DNA of 63,990 nucleotides, filler included, from Collodictyon triciliatum (GCA_043381765.1; 5 parts of 5 records of this genome joined end to end with filler, not necessarily neighbours in it), one strand, 5' to 3'. Positions 21,214-37,121 are shown, counted from the first letter of the whole stretch. A program made the numbers and translations. The notes: generated by a model not told the origin, from the sequence alone.

Positions 21214-21459
21214 ATGAACCAAGTTGAGCAGACACCCATAGAGACAAATCAGGCTGCAGAGCAGAAAAACACAAATGCGACCCCAATACCATCTCGCAAA
21301 TGTCCAGACACACCTGTCATTAGGTGTTGCACTCTGTCGGTGCAGTTGTCCCAGAGAATTGAGCAGATATCCCTGTCCTCCCCGAATCAACTATCATTCG
21401 CCCAGCCGAACCCTGCTTGGCTTGCTCGTGTCGAGTCAATAATGGTATTTTGTTTCTAG
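21214..21459 (+). CDS. Small low-complexity protein with PVIRC motif (putative)
   Basis: ATG ORF MNQVEQTPIE...CPDTPVIRCCTLSVQLSQRI. Shares a motif with the ORF at 22917-23138. The 3' end may be spliced. Confidence 0.35.
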   Translation: MNQVEQTPIETNQAAEQKNTNATPIPSRKCPDTPVIRCCTLSVQLSQRIEQISLSSPNQLSFAQPNPAWLARVESIMVFCF

Positions 21460-22916
21460 AATGTCGCAGTTTTAAAATAGATATAAAAATTCAGCTAATT
21501 CACAGGGTATCATAACTAGTTGGCAGATTTTGAATTATATACAACCCAAGAATCTGAAGAATAATAACGCGGGTGCGAGAAAGAAAGAAAAAAGGAAATA
21601 AAAAACAGCATCTATCGCTCCAATCCCCAGACGGTCAAACTCGAGTCTCCACTCAAACAACTGCAAGAAACTCCTTTACCACTTAAGCCTCTCTGTAATA
21701 AACTTGCTCTTTCCTACATCTCTCACTTTTGGCTTCCTCTCGTCGTTCCTCGTACTGATGCTGTTCTGATATCGGCAGCCGGGCAACACACGCAATAAAC
21801 CCACCGCGCAGAACGACATTCGATTCCACCCTCACTCGCCCACAAACGACGCAAATGTCCGTGACTTCGGCTGTGCATTTTGGGAAGAGCTTTCAGTCCC
21901 GCAAGTGCAAATCCACCTGTTTCTTTCCATTTTGCATCCAACCCAAACATCTTCCAGCCTCATTCGTCCTGGGCTTGCCTGGCAGCCACAGCGGGATTGG
22001 AAAAGACCTGGACTAATTCGGCTAGGATGACGTAGCGTTTTCCAGAATCAGCTCTACACACCCAACAAGGTATTTAAAAACAGTTCCACAGCCACCCAGC
22101 AATCGACCAGAATCTGTAATACTGAAGAGGAATACACCAAGGCCGATGAGACTAACACATCACACCTAACCTTGTTGCTCGATTCTCGTCGCTAACATGT
22201 CTCGAGAGGCACGAACCACAGCCCATCCGATTCCCTTCTTCTAACATTGCTTCTCTCCTTTTTTTTCCTTTCCTTTGTTGAATGGCACACGACTGGCAGA
22301 GCACCCAGGCAAACCTGTTCGATACCCAGCTATTATCTTACTCGTTGCGCGCCTTTGGTTCTGCCATCACGTTCTTTCTGTGCTTACTTTGAGTGAGGCA
22401 TCGGGACAGTCATCGTGGTTGTTGGCAGATGAATCGATGAGCTTCTTACATCCCTTTGTAAAACATGTGGAACCATCTCACTTTTCTCCCATGGTGGTGA
22501 CCTCATGGGTAACTCTGCATTTTTCACCGTTGCTGGTGATTGAATCGTTGGTATCATCCGAATGAATCAATCCCTTGGTGAATCTTCCTTACACCTTCCA
22601 TCCACCGTTCTTTCATGCGAAATCCTCTCTTCATAATTTTCTACATTCCTCTTCATCTCTTCAATACAGCCGATCAACACATACAGATAAGTTACTTTTT
22701 CTTACCTTCTTTTTATGAAACAGAGAGGCATTTGGTCTCGTCGCACTCGCTTCTCTGCTCCATCAACAAACAAACAAACAAACAAACAAACAAACAAACA
22801 AACAAACAAACAAACAAACAAACAAACATATTCCTGAACCTATCTCTTTGAGACTGCCGCAGACACTCAAGGCCTGCCTCATCAGCACCACCAAGTAGGT
22901 GATAGACGCAATTAGA

Positions 22917-23138
22917 ATGGACCCAAAGGCTCCTTCTCCACAGACCGTGCAGCAACTCAAGTCTTCCTCGACTGCTTCTACTCAGTCTGCGCACAACTTG
23001 GATGCAGTATCCTCGCCACAGCAGCCTGCCTTCAATACAATCCCGAAATCTCCAGTCATTCGCTGCAAACCAGTCCCCCAGGCTCTAGTAAATCGCGTAC
23101 TGAATGAAAATCCGCCGTCTAAAGAAGGGCCTAAATAG
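22917..23138 (+). CDS. Small S/P/Q-rich protein with PVIRC motif (putative)
   Basis: ATG ORF MDPKAPSPQ...IPKSPVIRCKPVPQALVNRV in a GC-richer block flanked by microsatellites. Confidence 0.35.
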   Translation: MDPKAPSPQTVQQLKSSSTASTQSAHNLDAVSSPQQPAFNTIPKSPVIRCKPVPQALVNRVLNENPPSKEGPK

Positions 23139-24357
23139 TATATTCCCAATGCCCCAACCCTCATTTATAACTTTTCAAAAGTCTTTCCTCTTTTCGCACT
23201 TGGAATCATCTCTTTTTTTCTCTCTCTTTTTTCTCTCTCTTTTTTCTCTCTCTTTTTTCTCTCTCTTTTTTCTCTCTCTTTTTTCTCTCTCTTTTTTCTC
23301 TCTCTTTTTTCTCTCTCTTTTTTCTCTCTCTTTTTTCTCTCTCTTTTTTCTCTCTCTTTTTTATCTCTCTTTTTTATCTCTCTTTTTTATCTCTATTTTC
23401 TTTCTCATATTACTCTGTAGCCAATCAATCTCTGTCACTAATATTGGGTGGTCCCTTTTGTGTCGTGCCTACCGAGGATTCATAAATCGCTGTGCATAGC
23501 AAAGAGGCAATGATACCAGATGCTTTCTCATACCCCCACCAAAAACTAGTACAGCGTGATGATATTACATTTGATTTATTCCCTTTTTCTTTATCTCTTG
23601 GTGTATTTACTCTGTGGCTTGTTCGGATGGCACGCATCGTGCCTCAAGAGCATCCAAGTGCCGCTTGAAAGGCAGATAACACAGGTTGCTATGTGGGTGG
23701 TGGATATATTCTAGCTTAACAACCGCAGCACCCTTTTCCATATTTGTCGACCTGTCTGCCATTCCATTCATTTTTGGAATATAAAATATAATGCTTAAAT
23801 TTTCAAATAATGAGGCTTTTAAAACACATAAATATATATAATTTGTACTAAAAATACAGCATGTCAATAACTATGTGGCGATTCTTATTGCCGGTCGATC
23901 GCGATTGATGCGGTCGGCAAGATCAAACACTCATTTTCAGTCAATGAAGGAAAGCGTTCGGCCTGTCCAAGGCAAAAGACTTTGTCTCCACGCTTTCGTT
24001 CACTTTCTTTCACATTCTTACTTTTTTTTTTATACCATCCTGTGATGAGGCTTCAGTAAACTGGCATGATCGGAACATGCATGACTTAGCTTTGTGTAAA
24101 GTTTCAGCCTCGCAAGCAGCTTTCTCGAATCTTTCCTTGTTGATCAGTAGAGAATACGCAGCGCCCAACCTCCAGAATAATAATGAAAAATGACGAATCT
24201 ATATTTGAGTTGTCTTTCGCTTATTTTTTGATCAGTGCTGGAGAACGGAAGCCTTTTCTTTTTTCTTTTTTTCTTTTTTTCTTTTTTTCTTTTTTTCTTT
24301 TTTTCTTTTTTTCTTTTTTTCTTTTTTTTCTTTTTTTTCTTTTTTTTCTTTTTTTTC

Positions 24358-24457
24358 NNNNNNNNNNNNNNNNNNNNNNNNNNNNNNNNNNNNNNNNNNN
24401 NTTAATTAATTAANNNNNNNNNNNNNNNNNNNNNNNNNNNNNNNNNNNNNNNNNNNN
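24358..24457. other. Artificial contig linker (N-TTAATTAATTAA-N)
   Basis: Palindromic six-frame stop 12-mer centred in a spacer of about 100 nt of Ns. Confidence 0.95.
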
Positions 24458-24701
24458 AAAAAAAAAAAAAAACAAAAAAAAAAAAAAACAAAAAAACAAA
24501 AAAACAAAAAAACAAAAAAACAAAAAAACAAAAACAAAAAAAACAAAAAAACAAAAAAACAAAAAACAAAAAAGCAAAAAAAGAACAAACATTAACATAT
24601 GTACTACCACCCCGATGGTATCTCTTTTCTTTTGCTCTCAATAAATCATTTTGTTCGCTTTCACCACTGACCGAGCACAATTGGGGGATTTCTTGCTATA
24701 G

Positions 24702-25502
24702 GAGCTGACATTCATCTAGAAGAGTATGACGTGAATGTTATAGCTGGGTGCATGAAGCTTTGGTTCAGAGAATTACCAGAGCCTATATTTACATTTGCAT
24801 TGTATGGCGACTTCTGTAGTTTTACTGGTATGGCTGTTACCTAGTTTTCGGTACTCTTTTTTTGCCACTTTTTTCCATAATAAAGTAAAATGATGTTTTG
24901 GGCATTATAATAACTTTTTGCTGATGCACTGAGTTCATTTCTCATTCAAAGATGTACGAAATGAGCATGAAGAGCAAATGCAGTACATACGGGAAATACT
25001 GCAAAGGGTACCCCAAATCAATTACAACATCATCAGGCACCTGATGGGCTTTTTGTCGATGTACGTCACTGAATTCAATCGATTAGCAATACTTCACATG
25101 GCTTTAGGGCCACCAGAAGGATATTGACTTATTGCATAACTTCTGAATATTTAAGCGTCATATTGATGTATCAATCATACAAATAGTGTTGCTCAGAATT
25201 CTAGCATTAATCGAATGGACGCTTCAAACCTCGTTAGTCTTTATCCTTTTTTTCTTTATGTATATGCAGATTTGACTGATATTTATCCTTTTTTCCATGT
25301 TTTTTATATCTTTAAGTCTAATGAACCTTTTTTTTTTAAAATACTGACAAATAAAACAAAACAGAGCACAGTTTTCGGTCCAAACCTAATCAAACCCAAG
25401 GAAATCACAATCGAGAATGCCATGGATATCCCTAAGATAAACAGAGCAATCACATTCATCATCGAAAACAACGAAGAGCTCCTTCCGTTACGACATATCT
25501 AA
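24702..25502 (+). CDS. RhoGAP domain protein, C-terminal part (5'-partial)
   Basis: Four exons give YDVNVIAGCMKLWFRELPEPIFTFALY, ILQRVPQINYNIIRHLMGFLS, VAQNSSINRMDASNL and STVFGPNLIKP, which match the RhoGAP consensus. Stop TAA at 25500-25502. Confidence 0.9.
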
Positions 25503-25841
25503 AGACATTCTCTTGTGTCCTTTTGCATCCTCTTCGATTATACATTTCTCTCTTTCTCTTTCCCTGCGTCTCTCTGCAAGACTAATCACTTATGATTCAT
25601 AGATTGATCAACAACATCTCTCTTCATCTTAAAACCCATAAATATACGAGTGGATAAACCGCATTTTGGAGCCCAACAACATATATAAAAAACTTCGTCC
25701 ATGTCCACAGACTGGTTGATACTACTTTTGCTTTTTCTTATTTTTTCATGTGCTGAGTCCACAGAGAAAGGAGCAAGTGCTCCCTCAAGTTCAGTATCGC
25801 TCATTTATGTGCTCCGGTCCTATCGTTTCGGTTTTTGCGAG

Positions 25842-26810
<969 letters not shown>

Positions 26811-27271
26811 CACCGCAGATTCGATCGCTTCTTTGTCTGAGTTCACAGCGAAGTGTGTGTATATGTGTCAGAGCCTGGAAACAAGACAGGGACAGAGACA
26901 GCAATTATCATATTCATAATAACATGGCAACTAAAAAAAGGAACACGGAAAAAAGAGAGAAAGAGACACGCTTTGGCAACTTGGTTGCTGTTGTGTTTGA
27001 CATTTGCAGCCTCTCGCAAACGAAGCAGTTATAGCAGGGCAAGAGCGTTGTTGCGATCTGTTTCTTTCCTCGCTATTGTTTCTTGAGAGAAGTTTTACAC
27101 GAGGCGAAAGAAATGGAGAGAGAAAGAGAAAAAAGCACAAGAGCTTTCATGGGGGGCTTTATCTGCGTGGCATGGTTTATTCGTTGAGAAAAGGACGGTT
27201 GTTGAAGGAGCAAACCCTCGGCCGCTTTTGAGGAACGGAGCTCTCCTTCTTTTCCGGCGCCTTTGAAGGCA

Positions 27272-29256
<1,985 letters not shown>

Positions 29257-29605
29257 CTGCAAGGCCTGGAAGATCCTCAAGTGAGCTCACAAGTCATCAG
29301 GATTGCCTCAGCGCAAGACAGCCATGCGCACGCTATCCAATAGGCCCAACCAGAAAACTCCCCATCTGTGCGCCTCCCGACCGCAAAACCTGGGACAAGG
29401 ATGACACACACTTTGCGAGGCCCAGGAAGGCCAACCACGAACGAGTACCTGATTCATCTCTGTGGCGGTTGCAGGCTGATTTTGGTTGCAATAATTCCAG
29501 ATTTGTATATCAAATAAGGTATGTTTGTCTTTTCGTCCGAAAGTGTTGCTTCCTTTGTGGGCGCGAAAGGGTAGGCGCGGTGGAACAACCTGTCAGTGTG
29601 TGTCG

Positions 29606-30304
29606 CTACTTGGCAGGTGTATTCCTTCGCGGGGGTTTTACTTGACGTTCGTTATTCGCGGCTGGCGGACGCTCTTTGGGGGTGCGCTTTGGATACTTTT
29701 TGCTCATGACCGTAAACTTTGCGACCATGACCGTAAACTTTGCAGAGAGCTGGTTCTTGTGAAAAAGAAGCTTCACCACGGCCGTGTCTGTGAAGAAGCC
29801 TTTGTCCTTTTTGATCTCCACGTGGGTCGGTCTGAACGGCTTCAGCTCCTCACGAAGGAGTTGCAGCCACACGTCCAGCGGTAGTTGGTAGATCATCACT
29901 GAGGTCTCTGTTGGTTTACTTCTGCTGAAGCTGATCATAATATCGCTCAAACTTACCTGCTTCAGCTACAGAAGCTTTCGGGCGTTTTCTGCAGTGTGGA
30001 AGGCGATCAGGCAAAGGTCTTCGCTGTCCGGTAAGCGTAATTGGATGGACTCCTCCCAAAGATCGTTCGCTTTCAAGAAGGAGGCGAGCGAATATGTGAG
30101 TCTGCGGGCCTTTTTCTTGTTGTAAACGACTTGCTCGATACCATACCAAAATACTGTCTACTCAGACAGACTCGCAGGCGGCTTCCTTGCACGGGTCTTC
30201 CTAGACTTGCGTGCGACTCAGGGTTTTCGCACCAGTGTTGGAACCAGAATCATTGGCTGTAACTTGCGAAGCCTTCGACGGGTCGCGGCTCGTATTATCC
30301 ATCA
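29606..30304 (-). mobile_element. Degenerate non-LTR retrotransposon ORF1-like fragment
   Basis: GC-rich intronless block. One frame reads LCLIAFHTAENARKLL*LKQVSLSDIMISFSRSKPTETSVMIYQLPLDVWLQLLREELKPFRPTHVEIKKDKGFFTDTAVVKL, resembling the RRM-like region of LINE ORF1/gag-like proteins. It has in-frame stops and a short tandem duplication near 29705-29745. No zinc knuckle seen. Confidence 0.45.
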
Positions 30305-30550
30305 AGGGCCAGAAGCTGGAACCGCTATTTTTTTCTATTTTTGCCAGACAAATCTACGTAGTTTTCTCACCCAACTCAACACCACTCTATTTTTTTTGGA
30401 TATCTATCAAGAGCGGTGAATACAAGGAGAATATATATATATATATATATATAACTATAAATCTCATGTCAGACACTGATAACAACCTCATTCATGTATT
30501 CAGACAGTTATACAACCCATTCGAACCGTCCCTGCATCTCATACACCGCG

Positions 30551-32754
30551 ATGTCTGACCAGATTGCCCGGTTGGAGGAACTTAAGAAAGTCCTGAAAAA
30601 TCCCCAAAAACTCACCCTTCAATCTCCAAAAGAACTGGACCTCAGTGACAGTGGACGCATTGGCAGAAAATTGACAACCATTCCTCGTGGTGTCTATGGA
30701 TTAGATCTTTTGGTTGAATTGAATCTTTGTGGGAACAGGCTATCGTCACTACCGCCTGAAATATCTTGCTTGACGGGTCTCTTGGATATAGATATCTCTT
30801 TCAATCAACTTTTATCACTCCCGTCAGAAATATCATATTTGACTCGACTTGTTACGCTCAGAGTGAGTAACAATCGGCTTTCATCACTTCCACCAGAAAT
30901 ATCGCGCTTGACAGGCCTCTTCATACTTAGTCTTGAATGCAATCAAATAGGATTTTTACCTCAAAAGTTCTTCTGCTTAAGAAGTCTCAAAGAGCTTTAT
31001 ATTTCAAACAACGAATTGTCATGTTTACCTTTAGATATATCGAGTATTACAAAACTCAAAGAGCTTTATATTTCAAACAACCATTTATCATCTCTACCTG
31101 CAGATATATCTCATTTACGAAATCTTATTGTTCTTAGTGTTGATAACAATCAGTTGTCATCTTTACCGACAGGAATATCGTGCCTAACTGGACTCACAGA
31201 AATTAGCATAGGTGATAACCAGCTGATATCACTTTTACCAGAAATATCGTGTTTGACTGGTCTCATCATATTTAGCGTTTACAATCAATTGATGCCTTAC
31301 TTGACATCAGAAGTATCATGCTTGACAAATCTCAAGGAGCTCTATATATCTGAAGATCAATTATACGCATTGCCACAGGATATATCTTGCTTCGCTGGTC
31401 TTACATATCTTGAAATTCAGGCGATTTTGGAATGTTTCATTACTATTGTCCATCGCCTATTGTTTTTATTGTTATTATTACCCTTCTTCGTATTATATTC
31501 ATTATCATAGCATAATATTTTTAAATCTTTAATCTCTCCAAAATGATGTATTAATTGATAATCATTCGTACAGGCAGAGGAGCTTCCACCTCTAATCACA
31601 GCACTCACGAACCTGAAGGAGCTCGTAATAAACAGTGAGGGAAGTTTGCAAACATTTAATAGGGCACCGTGCGGCATCACAAATCTCCCCTGCTGGAACC
31701 ACGAAGACTCAAGCACCATTCGAGGACTGAAGCTCTGCGATACAGTAATTTATTTGTAACGAATTATTATGTAAAAATCTAATCAACTGATATATGCAGA
31801 TAAGTGCCATACAGAAACCGGGCTGGACTCCAAACGAGCTTCATATTGAATATAGGGCCCTCAGTTTATTTGGGATGAACCTCACTTCACTACCAGAGTG
31901 TATTACGCTTCTACAGAAGCTGACATATTTTTGCCTTGGAAGAAATCTCGTAACTATCCTTGCTTTTATCTCCATTTTATTCTATTTTTACCATAACATT
32001 AGTAAAAGCATGCGGAGCCATGGCCACTCTCCTGAAAGTTACTCCGAAAAAATTATCAAGATTAAAAATAACGGTATAGTTAAACGACCTTCCTGAGTCT
32101 ATTTGTTGTATTCATTCCATCAAGTACTTGGATATTTCAAATAACAAGGTAACATTAAACAAAAATTAGAAAGAATAGAAAAGATATTCAAATGATTTGT
32201 GAAACTTGTCTGTGAATCATCTAAAGAATTACTTCTGTAAGCAACTCCACACATTTATATTAGCTTACTAGTATCCCTGAAGTAATAAATCAGTTATGTA
32301 ATCTCGAAATAATGAACGCTACAAACAATATGGTGAGGTTTTCCATAAATACTATAGAAATAGAAATAGAAATAGAAATAGAAATAGAAATAGAAATAGA
32401 AATAGAAATAGAAATAGAAATAGAAATAGAAATAGAAATAGAAATAGAAATAGAAATAGAAATAGAAATATTTTCTGACTTATAATTAGCACACTTTCTT
32501 CAAATCATTTTCATGTGTGACTAAATGTGACTATGTAGATATCAAAACTACCAAGATTTAATCCTGGCCTAGAGAACACACGGACTGCTAGTAATTTGAC
32601 TGAACTTTCTGGTGCCAATCTGAAGAGTGATATTCTACCAGCATATGCTTTTTGTGTTTCTTTACCTTATGTTTTAATCCTTTGTCTTATTCTTGTTCTC
32701 GCATTCCTAAACGAGGAAACGAAGTTGTTGCATTATAACCCATCACCTGAATAA
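30551..32754 (+). CDS. Leucine-rich repeat protein (23-aa LRRs) with C-terminal hydrophobic segment
   Basis: ATG at 30551. About 11 repeats of LxxLxxxxNxLSSLPxEISxL lie in exon 1, followed by further LRR exons (31574-, 31800-, 32080-32148, 32264-32332). The last exon contains AYAFCVSLPYVLILCLILVLAFL and the stop at 32752-32754. Confidence 0.85.
32354..32470. repeat. (TAGAAA)n hexamer microsatellite, intronic
   Basis: Direct observation. Confidence 0.95.
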
Positions 32755-33080
32755 AATGGAAAAAGGAAATAGATTATCGATATTTAATAATTACGCAAAA
32801 AGGGGTAGTTTACTTGTTGTAGGTAATAACTGCAGGGAATTTAGACGCCTTGTCTAAAGAATAGTCCATAGCAATTATTACCGCATTTTATAACTTCATG
32901 AGGAATAGAGCATAATTCTAGACTCTTCTTCGGGTCGAATATTTAATATACTAGCAAACATTTGCCATTTTAATTGGAGCAGAAATATGTGGAACTATAC
33001 AGGATAGGTAAGTTTTTGTGAATCTTTTTCGTACAAGTGAGCAGCAAATCTCTGAGTTTTTCTTTGTCGGCATTATAGAA

Positions 33081-33310
33081 ATTTTTTTTATTCTTCCTTT
33101 CAATTTTGTGCAAGATGGTGGAGATGTTGACTTTGATTCGCTAGCATTTGTTTGCATGGATGCTTCCATCGGAACCTGAGTGACAGAGAAGTCGGTAATC
33201 AGGATTTGCATATCGCGCTTCGGCCTGTAGCCTGGGTCTTGTGGTGCATGAGAGGTAAGAGGAGGTTTAATCACTTTCTCGGTTTCTTTTCACACATCTC
33301 TTCTCACAGG
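33081..33310 (-). mobile_element. Retroposon 3'-end copy A (possibly the longest), short A tail
   Basis: The reverse complement of 33081-33131 reads GTCAACATCTCCACCATCTTGCACAAAATTGAAAGGAAGAAT-A8, matching the copies at 39296 and 51451. GC-richer sequence continues to about 33310, so the 5' boundary is uncertain. Confidence 0.65.
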
Positions 33311-36300
33311 GTCTGATTAATGAAGAATGTGAAGATGGTAAAATAATCAGTTGCAGAAATGGGGAGTCATATCACATAAGTAGCAAAGATTCTGCACTTT
33401 TATAGTCTCTAACCCTTATAATCATGTACAGAACTATTGTATGAAGAGACATCCTGCCATGTGAGAAAAATAAAGTCATCCGTTCTGGTATGACGAAGTT
33501 TTATTAGTTCATTTTTTGACCTTTCATCCCATAAAATACCAGGTTTATTTCCCCTTATCTTTATGCAGCACACATTTTTTTGGAGAGATTAGTGAAATCG
33601 GTGCCTTATGTTACCAATCACTTATTTATCTATAATTATTTTTATAAAATAAAGACATTAATCCGATCATAGGCTATGGTTTTCTGCTCTGCGACTTTTT
33701 GATGAAAAAAAATGACACGATTGAATTGTTCTGGCGAGCCTTATACAAGTTATTAAATTCAAGTATTTCTAATTGAACATCGATAATTTCAGACGTGATA
33801 CATTTTAGAATATCATTAATTCAATTTTTGAGCGTTTATTATTTAATATGGAGACGAATAGACACTACGATTATGTCGTCATACATAATTCGATATTTTC
33901 AACATAAGGTCTACTAAATACTATTTAGAGGCAGCATCATTCTTCATTTATCATTCCGATGTCTTATTTTTTTTTTGGATTTTTATTCATATAGGAATGA
34001 CTGCATTCATGCCCCTTGATGGGCTGCTGAAGTAAACGAAAGTGAAGGAGGGGTTTTATAATGAATCTGTATTTTTTGGACTTCACATATAGAAATCGAT
34101 TGATACAGGGACTGTATGAATTCTGTCGACTTTGATTATCCCTTCAGTCCATTCTTATCCAATTTCAATAACTGTAAATAGCTGTAGCCACTGCGCAACC
34201 GAATTGCTTTCATTCAGAATAACATAATATTGATGTATATAATGATGGTATTCATGATTATGCCCAAATTGACGAGGAAACTTCATATTCGTTTTAACCA
34301 TACAGGAACGAGTTGGAGGCCTTTAAATATCCAATACGGCCGAAAGTAGACGAAGTTGCTTGCTTATGAAGTCGTGTGGCTCACGGTTTATTACGTTGCC
34401 TGAAATGAAAGATTATATATTAAACAAATGCTATTATTTTACATCATTTTATTTTATATGATCAAAATAAAAGATTTATAAATTTATGTCCGTTTTATGC
34501 TTTATCGTTAATGTTGCTAATATCAGAATAGCTCAATACATTACATTTTTAATTTTTTTTTTTAAAATTTGATTCAATCGAAAAATGTTTAAGCAAAAAG
34601 AGGTGTTTATATATCAGTATCATAATAATCTCGAAATATATCTTTTATTTTACCTGGATTTCCGATGAGTTTGTTTAATGACGAATCAGAAGTAACGTAT
34701 GTATCAAAAATGATAGTCATACTAGATTTTATAAGAACATACCAGCTGATGAGAGAAAACCGATGATTTAATATCAAAAAATTAGTTACTAAACAACGAT
34801 GATATATGATTATTTTTGAGGAGTTTTGATTCTAACAGCATTTGTTTAGTTATATTTTGAATCATTCCATGTGAAACAAAAAAATATAGAAATTATCTTT
34901 TGTACCTGATTTTCACTAAATTTATCTCACGCTCTGAATCCTGCGAAGGTCATGGTAAAAGGACACGAGACAAAACAACCAAGGGAAAGGGAACTGTTCG
35001 ATCTGCTACTACTGCCGAGGGGGATGGGTGGTTGGATGGACGGCTCCTAGTTTTTCCGATGATATGAAGAGATGGTCTAAGGAACGATTTGTGGGGTGTG
35101 GAGATGAGTTGTTGTGTGAGAAACAGTAAGTGTCTTTGTTGTCCAAAATTTCATAAAAAATAATAATAAAAATCATTTCAATATATTCAATGTGTTAAAT
35201 TGAACGCGAAGGAACATGTATGTTATCACAAAACTGTTTCTATATATTTGTATGAATTGCAATTTTCATGTAGTATTATATGATTTGTATTTTATTCAAA
35301 GAAATCAATATGCCAATGAAGCAAAAAATAAATTATTGTGTTTCTTCAGTGCAATTATATTTTGCTTTTCATAACCAATCAAAACTTAATAATACACCAG
35401 CGATGTTCGTGCCTGCAGACTTCAGAACTTATCTTTTCTATTCTATTAAAAAAAACATGTGTGAAAGATTAATTTTAATTTTGCAATTACTCTAATTTGC
35501 TATCTGTGTCTATTTATTATGAAACTGATAGGAGTCCTTGCCGAGCTGACGGCCACGTTTACCACGAAAGGAGTATCTTATTCTATGCATATTCCATTAT
35601 TTCATTATCCTTATTACTCAAGAACAACTATCTGCTGGAAACATCCTTGCCTCAGTTCGCTGCCTGCGATACCCCCACCCCTCCCCCGACTCGGCTGGGA
35701 ACGCACACTCGACAACGGCTCATCCTCGCCCACATAAATCGTTGCCTCGCTCCGGCTTCCTTTTTGTTGGTGTGTGGTAAGGAGCGCGAAGTGTTTTATG
35801 CAAATGAATATAAATGCATGTGTGAGGTATCTACTGAAACACATGTAACTGATTTTCTTTTTTTTTTTTTCATTTTCTTCTTGGAATAACGGCACGGAGA
35901 TCGAAAGCGCTGGCTTGAAGCAAACACACAACCGAGCGCAAGAATGGAGCCCTCCGCTCGACCAAAGGTTCCCAGCCACAGCTAATCGCCCACAAAGAGC
36001 GCCCGGAAGCAGAACCTGTACGGAACCGGCTGCCACGTCCGCCTTCGAGGTAAGCACAAATGCCCCAGAACTACCACGCCCACATACAGGTAAGGAAAGA
36101 ATAAGACCAAGTCCTGAAAGATCTTGAGTGCCATAATGAGATGATTATGAACGAGCTATTCGATCAACTTCAAGAATACAAAGCATCCTTTCCCAAAAAA
36201 AAAATTGCAGAGACGAGAGTAAAATAATACTTAACTGCTTTTTTTTTTGTGTCCATAACGAGAGAGGCCAGCTCTTTGCTACCCATTATCTGCCGCATTC

Positions 36301-37021
36301 CTCCGGGCTTCATCAAAGGCAACATCGAAGGTACGTGAAAAACATCACCTCATCTTCACAGTATTCTTCAAGGGTTAAAACGTGTTTTTGATGAATGAAG
36401 CGCTGGATAACAATCCAACATCAGAACTACCCAAAGTATAAAAAAAAATTCTATGTTACGTTTCCCTTCTATTTCGTACTCTGTCAGAGAACACAAGGGA
36501 AAAGCCAAAAGAAAATATCATGGTAAACACCGCACAAATACTAACAGAACGAGCTGACAAGCATAGAAAGACAATATCGACCCTTTTAAACCCAACCACC
36601 CGGAGCTATGGAAGAATAAGCATCGCTCAAGCAAGAAGCAACCTTCACAAGAGTTTCCCAAAAAGAGCGGACGGGTTCTTGGAGACGCGCCTCATACTAA
36701 AACAGTCTGGGCAAGCAATTCAAGGTGCAATAATATGAATCAGAATTATTTTATTTTCATGCAAAATGAAAGTTTAATTTTTCACTCGAACAGTATTAAT
36801 ATACAAGGATAGTTCCTAATGAAGATTATTTTTCATGATTTGTCTGTTAATGCAAGGCACGTATGGAAAAAAACGCTTACGTTGAATGGAAGGCAAGCAC
36901 CTAAGCCTGCAAAACTTAAGCGGTGGTGGTTTGGTTTTTTTTTATCCCAACGTAAAGCCTTCACGATGAAAATCTCAGGCTTTAATTAACGGAGAGTAAT
37001 ACATGAGTACTGGTATTACAA

Positions 37022-37121
37022 NNNNNNNNNNNNNNNNNNNNNNNNNNNNNNNNNNNNNNNNNNNNTTAATTAATTAANNNNNNNNNNNNNNNNNNNNNNN
37101 NNNNNNNNNNNNNNNNNNNNN
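37022..37121. other. Artificial contig linker (N-TTAATTAATTAA-N)
   Basis: Same spacer as at 24.4 kb. Confidence 0.95.

Noticed and set aside
20443-22565. Overlapping 60-180 aa ORFs on both strands
   Set aside because: No family motif or consistent exon chain found, apart from the PVIRC ORF reported separately.
33700-35130. Exon-like minus-strand segments
   Set aside because: I could not join them into an open frame, and no family was recognised.
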